A stretch of 51,640 nt of DNA from assembly GCA_038230955.1 (NCBI GenBank), contig JBBRMG010000004.1, positions 1-51,640 of the forward strand, written 5' to 3'. Below are positions 1 to 10,199 of the stretch, piece after piece. This DNA comes from Candidatus Doudnabacteria bacterium (GTDB lineage: Bacteria; Patescibacteriota; Doudnabacteria; UBA920). The position numbers were made by a program, and so were the translations under genes. Each line of letters starts with the position of its first letter. Within the stretch, counting starts at the first letter, position 1. A model generated the notes under the pieces. It made no database searches, had not been told where the DNA came from, and was given only the letters and a program-made list of their open reading frames with translations.

Positions 1-294
1 ATAGTTCTCTTTGCTAGCATCTCTCACAAACACAGGTTTACCATTTTTTTGAGCGCGATAATTACCCCCCCGTTTGCGAGGAGGGTTTGGCTCATATGGC
101 ATGCCGGCACTTTTGTAGGCCAGCTGATAATCGAAGTCAGTCGTCATGCGCCACCAAGCAAAACCAAAATCGGCGTCCATAATTTTCATGCTACCTTCTG
201 TAAATTTACGGACAATTTCGAGCTTGTTGTCAGTGATCAAAGACTCCAAGGTCATCCTGTTTAGTAGCTTTATTTTTTCTGCTATAGATTTCAT
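1..294 (-). CDS. N-terminus of a probable GAF-domain signalling protein, runs off the window edge
   Basis: Not in the ORF track. Manual translation from ATG 294 is open to base 1: MKSIAEKIKLLNRMTLESL...MDADFGFAWWRM...YRAQKNGKPVFVRDASKENY. The 'ADFGFAW...GKPVFVRD' pattern resembles GAF domains. Confidence 0.6.
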   Translation of the reverse strand, partial: MKSIAEKIKLLNRMTLESLITDNKLEIVRKFTEGSMKIMDADFGFAWWRMTTDFDYQLAYKSAGMPYEPNPPRKRGGNYRAQKNGKPVFVRDASKENY

Positions 295-306
295 AAAAAA
301 AATTAG

Positions 307-333
307 GTGGGAAGAAATGATTCTCTCCCCACC
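307..333 (-). terminator. Hairpin, probable terminator
   Basis: ggtgggaagaa-atga-ttctctccccacc, with an A-run on the + strand (U-run on minus), just after the 352..1143 gene. Confidence 0.45.
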
Positions 334-351
334 ATTAGTTTACTAAGCATC

Positions 352-1143
352 TTATATTTGAGCAACATAGGTCTTTGCCCAATATACGTGGTGCCAATAC
401 TTGACTCGGGTCATGTCAGTGACATGGACCGGGCCGCCTGCTCCCGCTTCGAGCCAGCGATGAATATCCGGCCATGAAATAGGAAGCGTGTCCCCCCACA
501 CAACACCCTCGTTGTGCTCGGGTGCCGCATGGACAATAGTAATCCGACGTTCCAAGCCCGGAGTTGCCAGATAATTGCCCAATAAATTTGTCAAAGTTCT
601 CGCTTTGCCCATCGTCATTTGAATCTGAATGACGCCGCTTACGAAAACATGAATGGCCCTATAATCTATCTGGTCCAAATGGTTGACTTCACGAACATAA
701 AATCGGTTCATATGTTCTTTTCCGGTGCCCCTGAGCATCCCATTAATCTTAGCTTGGGTTCGATCTATGGCTGTACCACTAGCATCGGAGATTTCACCTT
801 CAATCCCAAGGCCATTAGCCAATATCACCCAGCCACGCAAGTCGCGACCTAGCCCAGGGCCGATTACGGAAAACTTTAGGCGTTTTTCATGCTCTAAGAT
901 ATATTGCTGAATTTGGTGTGTCATATGTTCATCACAGGCATCACCGTATCTGTCATTTTCCCTGAGGTACTTTTGCTCGGTCACTAAACCAGCTTCCCTT
1001 AGGTCCTTAGGAGCCAACGGAAATGTTGGATTACCATGTTCATCAACTTCTTGAAGCTTGCGATCAAACTTCTGTCCAATTTGTATGTTCTTTATCTGCT
1101 TCGTTATTGACTTAGCAGATTCCATTAACCCTATACTGCTCAT
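352..1143 (-). CDS. Hypothetical protein, class I SAM-methyltransferase-like fold
   Basis: 263 aa, glycine-rich motif-I-like VIGPGLGRDL followed by 'ISDAS'. Confidence 0.45.
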   Translation of the reverse strand: MSSIGLMESAKSITKQIKNIQIGQKFDRKLQEVDEHGNPTFPLAPKDLREAGLVTEQKYLRENDRYGDACDEHMTHQIQQYILEHEKRLKFSVIGPGLGRDLRGWVILANGLGIEGEISDASGTAIDRTQAKINGMLRGTGKEHMNRFYVREVNHLDQIDYRAIHVFVSGVIQIQMTMGKARTLTNLLGNYLATPGLERRITIVHAAPEHNEGVVWGDTLPISWPDIHRWLEAGAGGPVHVTDMTRVKYWHHVYWAKTYVAQI

Positions 1144-1242
1144 ACTATCCCCCTTGTATTTGTCCTCTGTTTGTTTGGTTTTTATTCTTACTCTTACGAG
1201 TATCTTATTGTAAATGAATAATCAAGAAATTTCAAGTAAAAA

Positions 1243-1944
1243 TCATAACTGCACTAATGTGGTCAAAGGAACCCTTATCGATGTATCTCCAAAACTAACT
1301 ATTGTGGTTTCAGGCCATTGAGTTAAAAATTCAATTTTCAAAGTGCTAAGAAAATCAAAATCGCCATTTTCTGCTCCAAACAATTTTTCAAAATCGAGAC
1401 GATCTTGCCCTTCTCTCGTTGGGAGCATAATTGTGGTATCCAAAATGTCTTCCAGGCGCAGAATAAAAGCGGCCATAACCGGACCATGGGAAAAAGCGGC
1501 AATCCTAAATTCCGCGAGATCATCTGAATGTTGGTTTATTTGCTGCAAAATCCATTTGGCGAAATCGGAAACCGCAAACTTACCGACTTCGGACTGGTAC
1601 CAATAACGAAACCAGTCGGCCTGATGCCCGAGCGGCAGTTCCTTAACAAATTCGACTGTGTCTTTTTCACTTAATCGTTCATCCTGCACCAAGGGCAAAT
1701 CTGACAATGGGAATTTTTCTATGACTGCCTCGTGGTATATTTCCGCTGTCTCCACCGCACGAGGAATTGGCGAACTAACAACTATGTCAGGGGCAGGCAT
1801 GGCAATGGCAGATGAAAAAATACTATTGTAAAAATTCTTGACCGCATCTCGGCCTTGCGCCGAAAGTCTGCCGTCAAACCCTTGCTTAGGGCCATGACGA
1901 GTAATGGTAATGAATAAAAGCCCTCTCATTTTGTCAGCTTGCAT
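1243..1944 (-). CDS. Histidine phosphatase (phosphoglycerate mutase-like) family protein
   Basis: ITRHG, SSPIPRAVETA, ERLSE and SHG motifs. Confidence 0.8.
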   Translation of the reverse strand: MQADKMRGLLFITITRHGPKQGFDGRLSAQGRDAVKNFYNSIFSSAIAMPAPDIVVSSPIPRAVETAEIYHEAVIEKFPLSDLPLVQDERLSEKDTVEFVKELPLGHQADWFRYWYQSEVGKFAVSDFAKWILQQINQHSDDLAEFRIAAFSHGPVMAAFILRLEDILDTTIMLPTREGQDRLDFEKLFGAENGDFDFLSTLKIEFLTQWPETTIVSFGDTSIRVPLTTLVQL

Positions 1945-1960
1945 AGATAAATATTAACTA

Positions 1961-2827
1961 CTATTGAGCCTTATTCCGCTTATGCTCCTCAAATGTTTTA
2001 GCAAATACAACCTCGCCAGACGGCTGTCTATGCAAAAAGTAATAGTAATCTGTTTTGGTCGGATACAGCACCGCTTTCAAGCTAGCCAACGAGGGGTTGC
2101 AAATTGGCCCTGGGGGCAACCCTGGATACTTGTAAGTATTATAAGGCGAGTTTAAATTTAAATCAGTGCTGTTGACCGCGGGAGTATTTTTACCGGTGAC
2201 ATAATTAACAGTAGCGTCGCTTTCCAGAGCTTGACCCTTGGCTAGCCGGTTATAAAACACTCCGGCAATGACTGCCCGTTCTTGGTCCGGCGACACAGAT
2301 TTACCGTCACCCTTATCCCCGCTTTCTCGTTCAACAATAGACGCTAAGGTCAGCAACTGATAAAAGGACATTTTAGTGGTATCGTAACCGGGAACGGCAT
2401 AATCCCCTTGTCCTGCTCGCACCCCAAGCGCTTCCAGGCGAGCGGTGAAGTTAGTCAACATTTTGCTAATAATAAAATTAGGGATGGCGTCTTTCGTAAA
2501 CCGATAAGTGTCCGGAAATAAATATCCTTCCAAGCTAGACTTGGCCGGCTTACTTTGCTTGATTAGCGGAAAGGGGGTTAAATCAAAATTAGTTAAAGCA
2601 GTATTAAAATCCTTTTCCGGTACTAACTTTTGCTGGCCTATATAAGTGGCCATTTCGGCATTAGTCCAACCCTCAATGGTGGTAATTTTGATGTCCTCCG
2701 CCTGTTGCTGTAATCGGGCAATTCTGGCTTGCTTACGGGCTGTATAGGACTGGTAGGTGTGATTAACCCATACTCCACCTATGATTATCCCAACAAAAAA
2801 AATGACACCGATAATCTTTTTTATCAT
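1961..2827 (-). CDS. mltG: Endolytic transglycosylase MltG (YceG)
   Basis: N-terminal TM, LEGYLFPDTY, LASIVERE, SPYNTYKYPGLPPGPICNP. Confidence 0.93.
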   Translation of the reverse strand: MIKKIIGVIFFVGIIIGGVWVNHTYQSYTARKQARIARLQQQAEDIKITTIEGWTNAEMATYIGQQKLVPEKDFNTALTNFDLTPFPLIKQSKPAKSSLEGYLFPDTYRFTKDAIPNFIISKMLTNFTARLEALGVRAGQGDYAVPGYDTTKMSFYQLLTLASIVERESGDKGDGKSVSPDQERAVIAGVFYNRLAKGQALESDATVNYVTGKNTPAVNSTDLNLNSPYNTYKYPGLPPGPICNPSLASLKAVLYPTKTDYYYFLHRQPSGEVVFAKTFEEHKRNKAQ

Positions 2828-2868
2828 ATGTCTAAGTATACCATAAACCGCTTAACTGGTTTTTATAA

Positions 2869-3306
2869 TTATGCGCCTACAATCTTAATATAATAATCGC
2901 GCTTGCGGCCCCCATCTAGCTCCACAAAAAAAATGCTTTGTTTTTCACCCAGCATGAGCTGGCTGTCTTCCACGGCTAATGATTCCGATGATCCGAGCAA
3001 AAAACTTTTGACATGAGCGTGGCCATTAGATCTTTCATTGATCGCCACATTCTCTCGCACTTCAAACAAATCATGGCTATAACTAGTATCCAAAGGCACT
3101 AACCGGTACAACGTTTTCATGAGGTCCTGCATGAGGAGCGGTTCGTTGTGGGTCAGGCGAATAGCGGCGGTAGTGTGGGGGTTAAATACCACAACCAAGC
3201 CAGAGCTAATACCGCTTTCTGCCACCGCCGCTTTCACCGCAGAGGTAATGTCGACTAGCTCGAACTGTTTTTTAGTTTCAATTTTATTATTGAACAAAGA
3301 TTTCAT
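2869..3306 (-). CDS. yjbQ: YjbQ/UPF0047 family protein
   Basis: HTTAA, NGHAHVKS, FFVELDGGR motifs. Confidence 0.88.
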   Translation of the reverse strand: MKSLFNNKIETKKQFELVDITSAVKAAVAESGISSGLVVVFNPHTTAAIRLTHNEPLLMQDLMKTLYRLVPLDTSYSHDLFEVRENVAINERSNGHAHVKSFLLGSSESLAVEDSQLMLGEKQSIFFVELDGGRKRDYYIKIVGA

Positions 3307-3337
3307 AAGTCTATTATAGTATAAAAAGCCAAATGCG

Positions 3338-3646
3338 TTAAGATTGTGCTTGCTGAGCTAAATTAATCACTAACTCAAAGTCGTCTTCCGGCGATACTTT
3401 ATTGCGCTTCTCGTAGCCGCAAATACTGCACTGATGAGTAATGCTGTAGGTATCGCCGCTTTTCTCCACGCTCACGGGTTGCATCAACCCTTGGCACTCG
3501 GCTGCCCTGTCCCCTGGGTTTATGTCTACATGCTTGCTCCATAAACATTTCGGACAATGGTTGGTAAACCCATTGCCTTGCACACTGGCACCGCAATGAC
3601 CGCAGACAAAGTCTTCTTTGGTTCTAATAAATTTCTTGCTATCCAT
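3338..3646 (-). CDS. RNHCP-domain zinc-binding protein
   Basis: FVCGHCG...TNHCPKCLWSKHVD..PGDRAAECQGLM. Confidence 0.88.
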   Translation of the reverse strand: MDSKKFIRTKEDFVCGHCGASVQGNGFTNHCPKCLWSKHVDINPGDRAAECQGLMQPVSVEKSGDTYSITHQCSICGYEKRNKVSPEDDFELVINLAQQAQS

Positions 3647-3660
3647 AAACGAGGGAATTA

Positions 3661-5349
3661 CTACTGGGGCTGGGGTTTGCTTTGCTCTGCCACCAAGTCC
3701 ACCGTACTAGTCTCTTTTAGGTTACTGTGAATGGGAATGGAGAAAATAAATGAAGATCCTTTGCCATCACCTTCGCTCTCTACCCATATTTTTCCTTCAT
3801 TTTGTTCGATGATAACCTTGGCCACATACAATCCCAACCCTAAGCCCGTAGCGGCGGAAGCGGAGTCTTTACCGCGCTTGTACTTTTCAAACAACGTCGG
3901 CGCCACGTCTGATGGCACCCCGCGCCCGGAATCTTTCACTTTAACCACGACATCGGTGGCTGTCTGTTCCACAAACACATCTATAGTCCCCTGCTTGGTG
4001 TACTTAATGGCGTTATCAATAAAGTTGTTAATAACCTGACGAACTTTTTCTTTGTCTAGCATGACGAGGGGCACAGGCTTGAGTGGTTTGTGATAGACCA
4101 AAGTCAATTTCTTTATTCCGGCCTGCGGAATTAACTGATCGACTGTGAGGGTGGCTAAGGCATCTAAGTCGCCCATTTCAAAGAAGAATTCTAGCTTGCC
4201 CCGCTCAATGCGAGAAGCGTTGAGCAGGTCGTCGATTAACGAAATTTGCGAGTTATTAGTGACGTTTACACGGTCAAGGGCTGACTTGAGGTCAGGCGCA
4301 AGAACGCCGAAATCGCCCGTGAGAATAGCCCCGACATACCACTTAATAGTGGCCGGTGGGGTGCGCAACTGATGACTGGCAATAGAAATAAACTCTGCTC
4401 GGGCAGCGTCTAATACTTTCAACTGCTGATTAGCTCCTTCCAATTGCTCAGATAGAATTTGTAATTGCTCACGTTGTTTTACTTCACGAATAACACTGCG
4501 GATGAGGAGAATACCTAATCCTAAGACTAATAAGAAAATACTGCTGCGTAAAATCAGCAATGGCACACTATTGGAGATGACTACCTCAAATAATGTAGCT
4601 ATGGCTAAGACGAAAATCAAAATCTCAGTAGAAACAACTTTTACATCCAACAATTTGTGTCGAATAATAGCGTATCCGGCAAATGCGGCAAATGGGAATG
4701 TAAATACGGCGCCTAGAGGAATAAACCGCTGATTATTAAAAAAGGCGGGGAGAATAAAATTGAACACAATGATGCAAAAAAACATTATTATAGTGCCAAT
4801 AAAAATAAAGATAATGCCTCGGCGTTCTTGGCCTTGGGCTTTTCTCATCTTACGTATTAGCAGAACCATAGCATGAGCAACGAGACCTATCGCCACCAGC
4901 CCGAATAAGATTATCCCAGGGCCAATTGCTACTTTGGCTACCTCACCCGCCTGAAAAACGTTAATAATCCGCGAAAATACCAGCGGGGTCAAAGTAACTA
5001 GAGCTGTTATTGCGACCACCGGAATTAACCAATATTTATAACGTGGACTAAATTGTGCTTTGTCGGATGGGAAAACAAAAAATAGTTGATGGAGAAAAAA
5101 AGCTACCCAAACCGCGGAAAACATAACTAAGCGCAACATCCATAACACCACGATTGGGGATGCAAACCGAGAATTAAGATAATTAATGATCCCCCATGTG
5201 ACTGTGCTCAGGCAAAATAAAAAAAATGTGGTGTTGGTTATACTTTTGCGGTTATTAAAGTACACCACAAACCCAAGAATACCGGTAGCTGCGCTGGCTA
5301 TACCGACACTAAATAAATCTAAATTGCTAAAGGCGCCTAAAAATGGCAT
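3661..5349 (-). CDS. Membrane sensor histidine kinase with multi-TM (HisKA_7TM-like) input
   Basis: Multiple N-terminal TM helices, H-box ASHQLRTP, N-box NFIDNAIKYT, DSGRG, GLGLGL. Confidence 0.92.
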   Translation of the reverse strand: MPFLGAFSNLDLFSVGIASAATGILGFVVYFNNRKSITNTTFFLFCLSTVTWGIINYLNSRFASPIVVLWMLRLVMFSAVWVAFFLHQLFFVFPSDKAQFSPRYKYWLIPVVAITALVTLTPLVFSRIINVFQAGEVAKVAIGPGIILFGLVAIGLVAHAMVLLIRKMRKAQGQERRGIIFIFIGTIIMFFCIIVFNFILPAFFNNQRFIPLGAVFTFPFAAFAGYAIIRHKLLDVKVVSTEILIFVLAIATLFEVVISNSVPLLILRSSIFLLVLGLGILLIRSVIREVKQREQLQILSEQLEGANQQLKVLDAARAEFISIASHQLRTPPATIKWYVGAILTGDFGVLAPDLKSALDRVNVTNNSQISLIDDLLNASRIERGKLEFFFEMGDLDALATLTVDQLIPQAGIKKLTLVYHKPLKPVPLVMLDKEKVRQVINNFIDNAIKYTKQGTIDVFVEQTATDVVVKVKDSGRGVPSDVAPTLFEKYKRGKDSASAATGLGLGLYVAKVIIEQNEGKIWVESEGDGKGSSFIFSIPIHSNLKETSTVDLVAEQSKPQPQ

Positions 5350-5355
5350 AAATGG

Positions 5356-6402
5356 TTAAGCTTTCAATAGTTGATTAAGCGTAAGGCGAGGCGAAATTGC
5401 ACTAGGGGGGAGCGCATGACCAATCCGAAACTGAAATGTAATGCGGTCACTGTCTGAGGCTCCAAAACAATTTTGTATAATTTTATAAGCTTCATCAATT
5501 GTTGCAATTTCTTGGGGATTAAAATGTTCTTGGCTTTTGCGCAATCGGTTTTTTAAAAAAACAATCCCAGTCAATGGATGGATATTCAGTCCGATTCGCG
5601 TGGCTTCCAACCAAATGCGTTGAACGAGCCGACCGGTTTGTATAAAACCTTCCGGAGTGGCTACCGGCACGATAATGGCACCAAACCCACCGCTCGATGC
5701 ATATATCTGCTCATTTTCTGAAGCCACTTTGTTGGCCAATCCGAGTTTATTTAAAACTTTAACTCGACTCCATTTACTGGCCAACTTGAATATCATCTCC
5801 TGAAACCCATTCATCTCTAATGTTTTCAAATATAAACCATTTTTATGTTTACTAAGATGCGCCTCATTCCATCTGACATGATCAAACAGAAACTTATGGA
5901 GGAATTCATTACCCAAAACCAGCTGTTCATTTCTACTGGCAGCATAGGCCAGTTTTTTTATTTCGGATGGATCCACAACAAATCTAAACGCCGGATTATT
6001 ACCTGTTATATTATTAAGCTGGGTAATCTCTTCCGGGGAAAGAGCCTTGCTATCGTAGGGCTTGCGATTAGTATGCCGCAGTGGGATAAATGTGTACAAA
6101 GGGTCAGCCGGCTGATCTGTTTCTTCAAAATCTATAACGGCTACCAGATTTTGTTCCCCAGAGTTAGGAAACAAGGTGACTTTTGCCAATGCACCTTGAT
6201 GAGAAGCAGCAATACTAATATTTTCTATCAGTGCTCCCTGTGATACATAAGCCGCCCCTTGCTCAAAATTATAAAGCGATTGGTCGGCCAATGGTTCATT
6301 GTATATAGAAATGCTATCACGTCTAATCCGAAACCGCCAAGGCTGAGTGTTATCTCCTGAAGGAGCAGGCAAAGCGTATGAAATTATCTCTTCTATGTTC
6401 AA
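5356..6402 (-). CDS. Nitroreductase-like flavoprotein (Acg/Rv1355c C-terminal type)
   Basis: APSGDNTQPWRF, RHTNRKPY, GRLVQRIWLEATRIGL, FRIG motifs; TTG start. Confidence 0.85.
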   Translation of the reverse strand: MNIEEIISYALPAPSGDNTQPWRFRIRRDSISIYNEPLADQSLYNFEQGAAYVSQGALIENISIAASHQGALAKVTLFPNSGEQNLVAVIDFEETDQPADPLYTFIPLRHTNRKPYDSKALSPEEITQLNNITGNNPAFRFVVDPSEIKKLAYAASRNEQLVLGNEFLHKFLFDHVRWNEAHLSKHKNGLYLKTLEMNGFQEMIFKLASKWSRVKVLNKLGLANKVASENEQIYASSGGFGAIIVPVATPEGFIQTGRLVQRIWLEATRIGLNIHPLTGIVFLKNRLRKSQEHFNPQEIATIDEAYKIIQNCFGASDSDRITFQFRIGHALPPSAISPRLTLNQLLKA

Positions 6403-6531
6403 AAGGTTTTGTTATTGTTTTTGGTTCAGAGGCACTATTAACTGTATTTATTATACAACAAAATGGAGTAAAGTAAAAAGGGTATTGGTGTGACACCAAC
6501 AGCCCAAGAATAGTTTCGAGTTAACAGTCAT

Positions 6532-6713
6532 TTATTTTGCACTCACAATATCTAATAATTCTTGCACGCCATTCATAAAATTACTTTGACTTGCAACTTC
6601 AGCAGAAGCAAACCACGCATACCGCTTTCCGATTTACCATTTGCCCTCTTGAGCATTAAAAACTTACCGTTATTAGCAATATAGCAGCCAGCCACATTCA
6701 AATGAATTGCCAT
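6532..6713 (-). pseudogene. Internally deleted NUDIX hydrolase remnant
   Basis: MAIHLNVAGCYIANNGKFLMLKRANGKSESG joins in another frame to YAWFASAEVASQSNFMNGVQELLDIVSAK*. These resemble Nudix N- and C-termini, and the Nudix box is missing. Confidence 0.55.
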
Positions 6714-6714
6714 G

Positions 6715-7854
6715 CTATCTTATTCCCATCATTTTCAATATTTGCTGTCGTTTTTTCAATTGTGCTTTGGTGGGGGGCAGAAAAGCCTCCTCTACAGTAA
6801 AGTTTGTTCTGCCGGACGGGATTTTCGCACCATTAATTATTTCTCTTGCCAAGAAAGTCAATACAGATCCACACATCGTGGCCGCATTGCCTAACTGAGG
6901 CCAGGAATATATTGACTTGCCAACTTCCATAACTGATTCCAGCATTCTTTCGGTGGACAAATGGGCTCCGGCAATACGAGCCATCACTCCGGGCAAGTCC
7001 TCGGGTTCAACATGTTTTAAGTGTTCAGCCGTCATTTTACCAGTGATACCGTGTAATATAGGAAGTTTCTTATTCAAATCATAGCGCTCCACATCTACAA
7101 TTATTCCGTCCCCATTATCAGCCGCCATAATAATCGGAATTCCTTTAGGCTTTGCCATTTCTCTGACTTTTAATTTAAAATAAGGATTGTCCATTTCTTC
7201 GACCAATAAATCCAATCCCGATAAAAAATTAGACATATTTTTTTCTTGCAACCCCTCGGGAAAAATTTCCACAACGGCATAAGGATTAATTTCATATATT
7301 TGGCGAGCTACTGCAATGGTTTTGCTAAGACCCACACTATTAACGCCGGTCCGAATGCGATTCAAATTGGAGCCCGAAATTATATCTGGATCTGCCAACT
7401 TTATACGGGCAGCACCGCCAGTCATTACTATAGTCAACGCAACATGACTACCGACACTCATGCCTAATATACCGATTGTGCTATTATAAAATTTAGACTG
7501 TTCTTTAGCAGTAATTAAGTATCGATTACGGCCTGTTCGTAGATCCTGATACATTTTGTCCGGCAATACATGGACAACTTGGCTCAGCCAAGGATAATAG
7601 AACCACGACCCTTGGTTGTCTAGGTTTTTTCCTCCTGAATGCTTTCGAAGAAATTTTGCAAAGTCTGCCTGATAATCCGGATTAAACCGAAAACGAGGAT
7701 TTGACAATAAAAACCACTCCTCCAACTGAGCAAGGTACTGATCATTGACCTGTGTTCTACCCAGTCTAAGTTTGCTGATTTTTTGCTTCAATGTTCCTGT
7801 GCCCTTTAGTAGCACCGGCTGCCAAGAATCTCTATTTAAAGTGTCTTTCGCCAT
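6715..7854 (-). CDS. ThiF/E1-like adenylyltransferase (Rv1355c N-terminal type)
   Basis: WFYYPWL, RTGRNRYLIT..EQ, IGILGMSVGS, LADPD..SGSNLNRI, DVERYD, SWPQL. Confidence 0.88.
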   Translation of the reverse strand: MAKDTLNRDSWQPVLLKGTGTLKQKISKLRLGRTQVNDQYLAQLEEWFLLSNPRFRFNPDYQADFAKFLRKHSGGKNLDNQGSWFYYPWLSQVVHVLPDKMYQDLRTGRNRYLITAKEQSKFYNSTIGILGMSVGSHVALTIVMTGGAARIKLADPDIISGSNLNRIRTGVNSVGLSKTIAVARQIYEINPYAVVEIFPEGLQEKNMSNFLSGLDLLVEEMDNPYFKLKVREMAKPKGIPIIMAADNGDGIIVDVERYDLNKKLPILHGITGKMTAEHLKHVEPEDLPGVMARIAGAHLSTERMLESVMEVGKSIYSWPQLGNAATMCGSVLTFLAREIINGAKIPSGRTNFTVEEAFLPPTKAQLKKRQQILKMMGIR

Positions 7855-7859
7855 AATTG

Positions 7860-9356
7860 TTATTTCTTATTAATTACCCATGTGTGCTTACCTCGTCCAT
7901 CAAAATACTTTTCATGACCGTGTTTCCATAAAACCACTTTTGGTTTTACTTTCTCGCCCATGAAATTGTGATTATTTTTATATTCAGCATTCTTTTTTAA
8001 CAAATTTTGCATAATTTTTTCAACTATGGCTTTGGTCAACTTCTGATCAACTTTCTTGCCTTTTAGTAGCTCAATATTAATTTCCAAATATTGATTTTGC
8101 TTTTTATCCTGTTTAGTGGTCATTGTAAATTTGCCGCTCAAGTGCTTGGATTGCTGAGGATGTTGTAAAACTTCCCTTACATGCTCGGCATAAACATTGG
8201 CCCCATATAACTTGGTAGACATGTCGACGCGTTCATATACAAACACAAAAGGCATTCGAGTGAGCCTAATCCCAACTTTTTTGGCTTCCTTCTCTATATT
8301 AATTCCGTTGTCCCTCATTTTATCTTTTACTTGATCAAATGTTAAGACAGAACCTATGTCTCCCACTTTGTACCGCACCAAAGGTACAGCACCGGCAGCA
8401 CTCATTAATAATTCTCCGTGTTCTTCTCGAATCCCGAAAAATATTGGGTTATACTGGGCCACCGTGGGTAATCGATGTTCATCGAATAATGAGCGATATA
8501 ATTTTGAATGGCTGAGTGCAAGACGCCTAATAAGAATAGACGTTGGCGTTTCAAAACCCATGTTCCCCAATTCAGCACTGCCATACTGATTATACGTATC
8601 TAAATAAGGGTTTTTTGTCCGGGTCTTTTTCATTATATAATCCCGTAGCTGTTCCGATACTGTTTCCGCCGCAAAAAACAATCGGGTCTTGAATTTCTTG
8701 AAATTAACGCCGTGAGCCGCCGCTTCGTCAACTATATCTTTCATAAAAGGTGGATAAGCCCCTAATATAACATTATCAAATTTAGGAGCTAATGTCTTCA
8801 AAGCAGAAAAAATTTCTTCCTTATTGATTCCTGGTGTAATAATTGTCACTGGCCGATGCCTCAACCCTATATCATGAAATACCTGATAAGTAATAACACC
8901 ACCGATCCATACACCCATACCAAATCCATCAATCACTAAGGTTGATCCCTTGGGACCATTATCCAAAAAAAATTCCATTAGCACCGAAAATGCCCAGTCA
9001 GTTCGTTCGTCTCGTGGCACATATGTAGGAGCTCCGGTAGAACCGCTTGTTGCGGTCATTACCAGCATGCGAGATGACAGCGCCTTAGGCTCCGTTAAGT
9101 CCTGCAAAGGATAGTAACGCAAGTAATTATCTTTTGTCAAAGTTGGCAATTCTGACCAATGCGCGTGGTTAACAAAGCGCGCAGGATTAATCCCCGCTTT
9201 TTTTAGTACTTGCTTATAAGCAGGGACCTTGTTGGCTGCATAGCGAAATAATTCCATTTCCCGAAGCTGCTGTTGCTTCACCCAAAAACTTCCCGGCTGA
9301 GTGTGATATAGCCGGATCATTTCCTGAGGCGAATACTGCTTCATGAAATTTTGCAT
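7860..9356 (-). CDS. Phenylacetate-CoA ligase (PaaK)-like adenylate-forming enzyme
   Basis: VPAY, TSGSTGAP, YGSAE, PLVRYKVGD motifs. Confidence 0.85.
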   Translation of the reverse strand: MQNFMKQYSPQEMIRLYHTQPGSFWVKQQQLREMELFRYAANKVPAYKQVLKKAGINPARFVNHAHWSELPTLTKDNYLRYYPLQDLTEPKALSSRMLVMTATSGSTGAPTYVPRDERTDWAFSVLMEFFLDNGPKGSTLVIDGFGMGVWIGGVITYQVFHDIGLRHRPVTIITPGINKEEIFSALKTLAPKFDNVILGAYPPFMKDIVDEAAAHGVNFKKFKTRLFFAAETVSEQLRDYIMKKTRTKNPYLDTYNQYGSAELGNMGFETPTSILIRRLALSHSKLYRSLFDEHRLPTVAQYNPIFFGIREEHGELLMSAAGAVPLVRYKVGDIGSVLTFDQVKDKMRDNGINIEKEAKKVGIRLTRMPFVFVYERVDMSTKLYGANVYAEHVREVLQHPQQSKHLSGKFTMTTKQDKKQNQYLEINIELLKGKKVDQKLTKAIVEKIMQNLLKKNAEYKNNHNFMGEKVKPKVVLWKHGHEKYFDGRGKHTWVINKK

Positions 9357-9379
9357 CGTCAGATTGTATTAATTTACAA

Positions 9380-10180
9380 TTAATCCTTTTTTGCCACTGC
9401 AATCATTTGAGCAGAGTCATCAGTATATGGTGAGCCACTCCAGTCTCCATAATATTCTACCCCGGAAAAGCCGGCTTCTTTGCACATGGCCGTATACTCT
9501 TCTGGTGTATATATACGCACAGAATATGGAGTTAGGGCTTTTTTTATGCCATCAGGACTTACAACAAACCATTCCCCATCTTCCCGCTTTGTTTCCTTGT
9601 TATAACGTCGGTAGAGTTCTAGTTGATTACCGCTAGCTAAATTTCTCATTTGATAATTCAACAACTTGCCGCTGACTAAGCGTGGAACAGTAACATGAGT
9701 GTGCATCAAAAATTTGCCGCCTGGTTTTAATGCGTTATAAAAATTTTTGGCCACTTCCATGTTTTCCTGATCCGAGTCAAAAAAACCAAAAGAGTAAAAC
9801 ATATTAATAATCGCATTGAATTGACCTGGCATATCAATATGCCGCATGTCTTGCTTTATAAAACGACAGTTCGGCAATTGACGATGAGATAATTCCTCAT
9901 TATCTAAAGTTAAAAACCTTTCGTTAATATCAGCCCCCGTCACTTGGTATCCTTTTTCCGCTAAAGCCAAGGAGTGGCGGCCATAACCACAAGGACAATC
10001 TAGCACGGCTCCACCCGGCTGAAGACCAGTCAGCTCTATAACACCATTAATTTCTGTTTCGGTTCGCTCGGCTAATGCTTGGGGTGAATTTAAATGCCCT
10101 TCTTTCGAATCATCAGCCTCTTTGTATAAGTCACCAAAAAATCCTCCGTCACTTTCCCACCATTGAGCTGCTTGATCCAT
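9380..10180 (-). CDS. Class I SAM-dependent methyltransferase
   Basis: VLDCPCGYGRH, GADIN, DMR, SFGFF, LKPGGKF. Confidence 0.9.
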   Translation of the reverse strand: MDQAAQWWESDGGFFGDLYKEADDSKEGHLNSPQALAERTETEINGVIELTGLQPGGAVLDCPCGYGRHSLALAEKGYQVTGADINERFLTLDNEELSHRQLPNCRFIKQDMRHIDMPGQFNAIINMFYSFGFFDSDQENMEVAKNFYNALKPGGKFLMHTHVTVPRLVSGKLLNYQMRNLASGNQLELYRRYNKETKREDGEWFVVSPDGIKKALTPYSVRIYTPEEYTAMCKEAGFSGVEYYGDWSGSPYTDDSAQMIAVAKKD

Positions 10181-10199
10181 GTTTGCTAAATATTAATTG

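Noticed and set aside
64-88. GC hairpin resembling a terminator, and + strand ORFs 49..264 and 146..346
   Set aside because: They lie within or antisense to the open minus-strand CDS 1..294.
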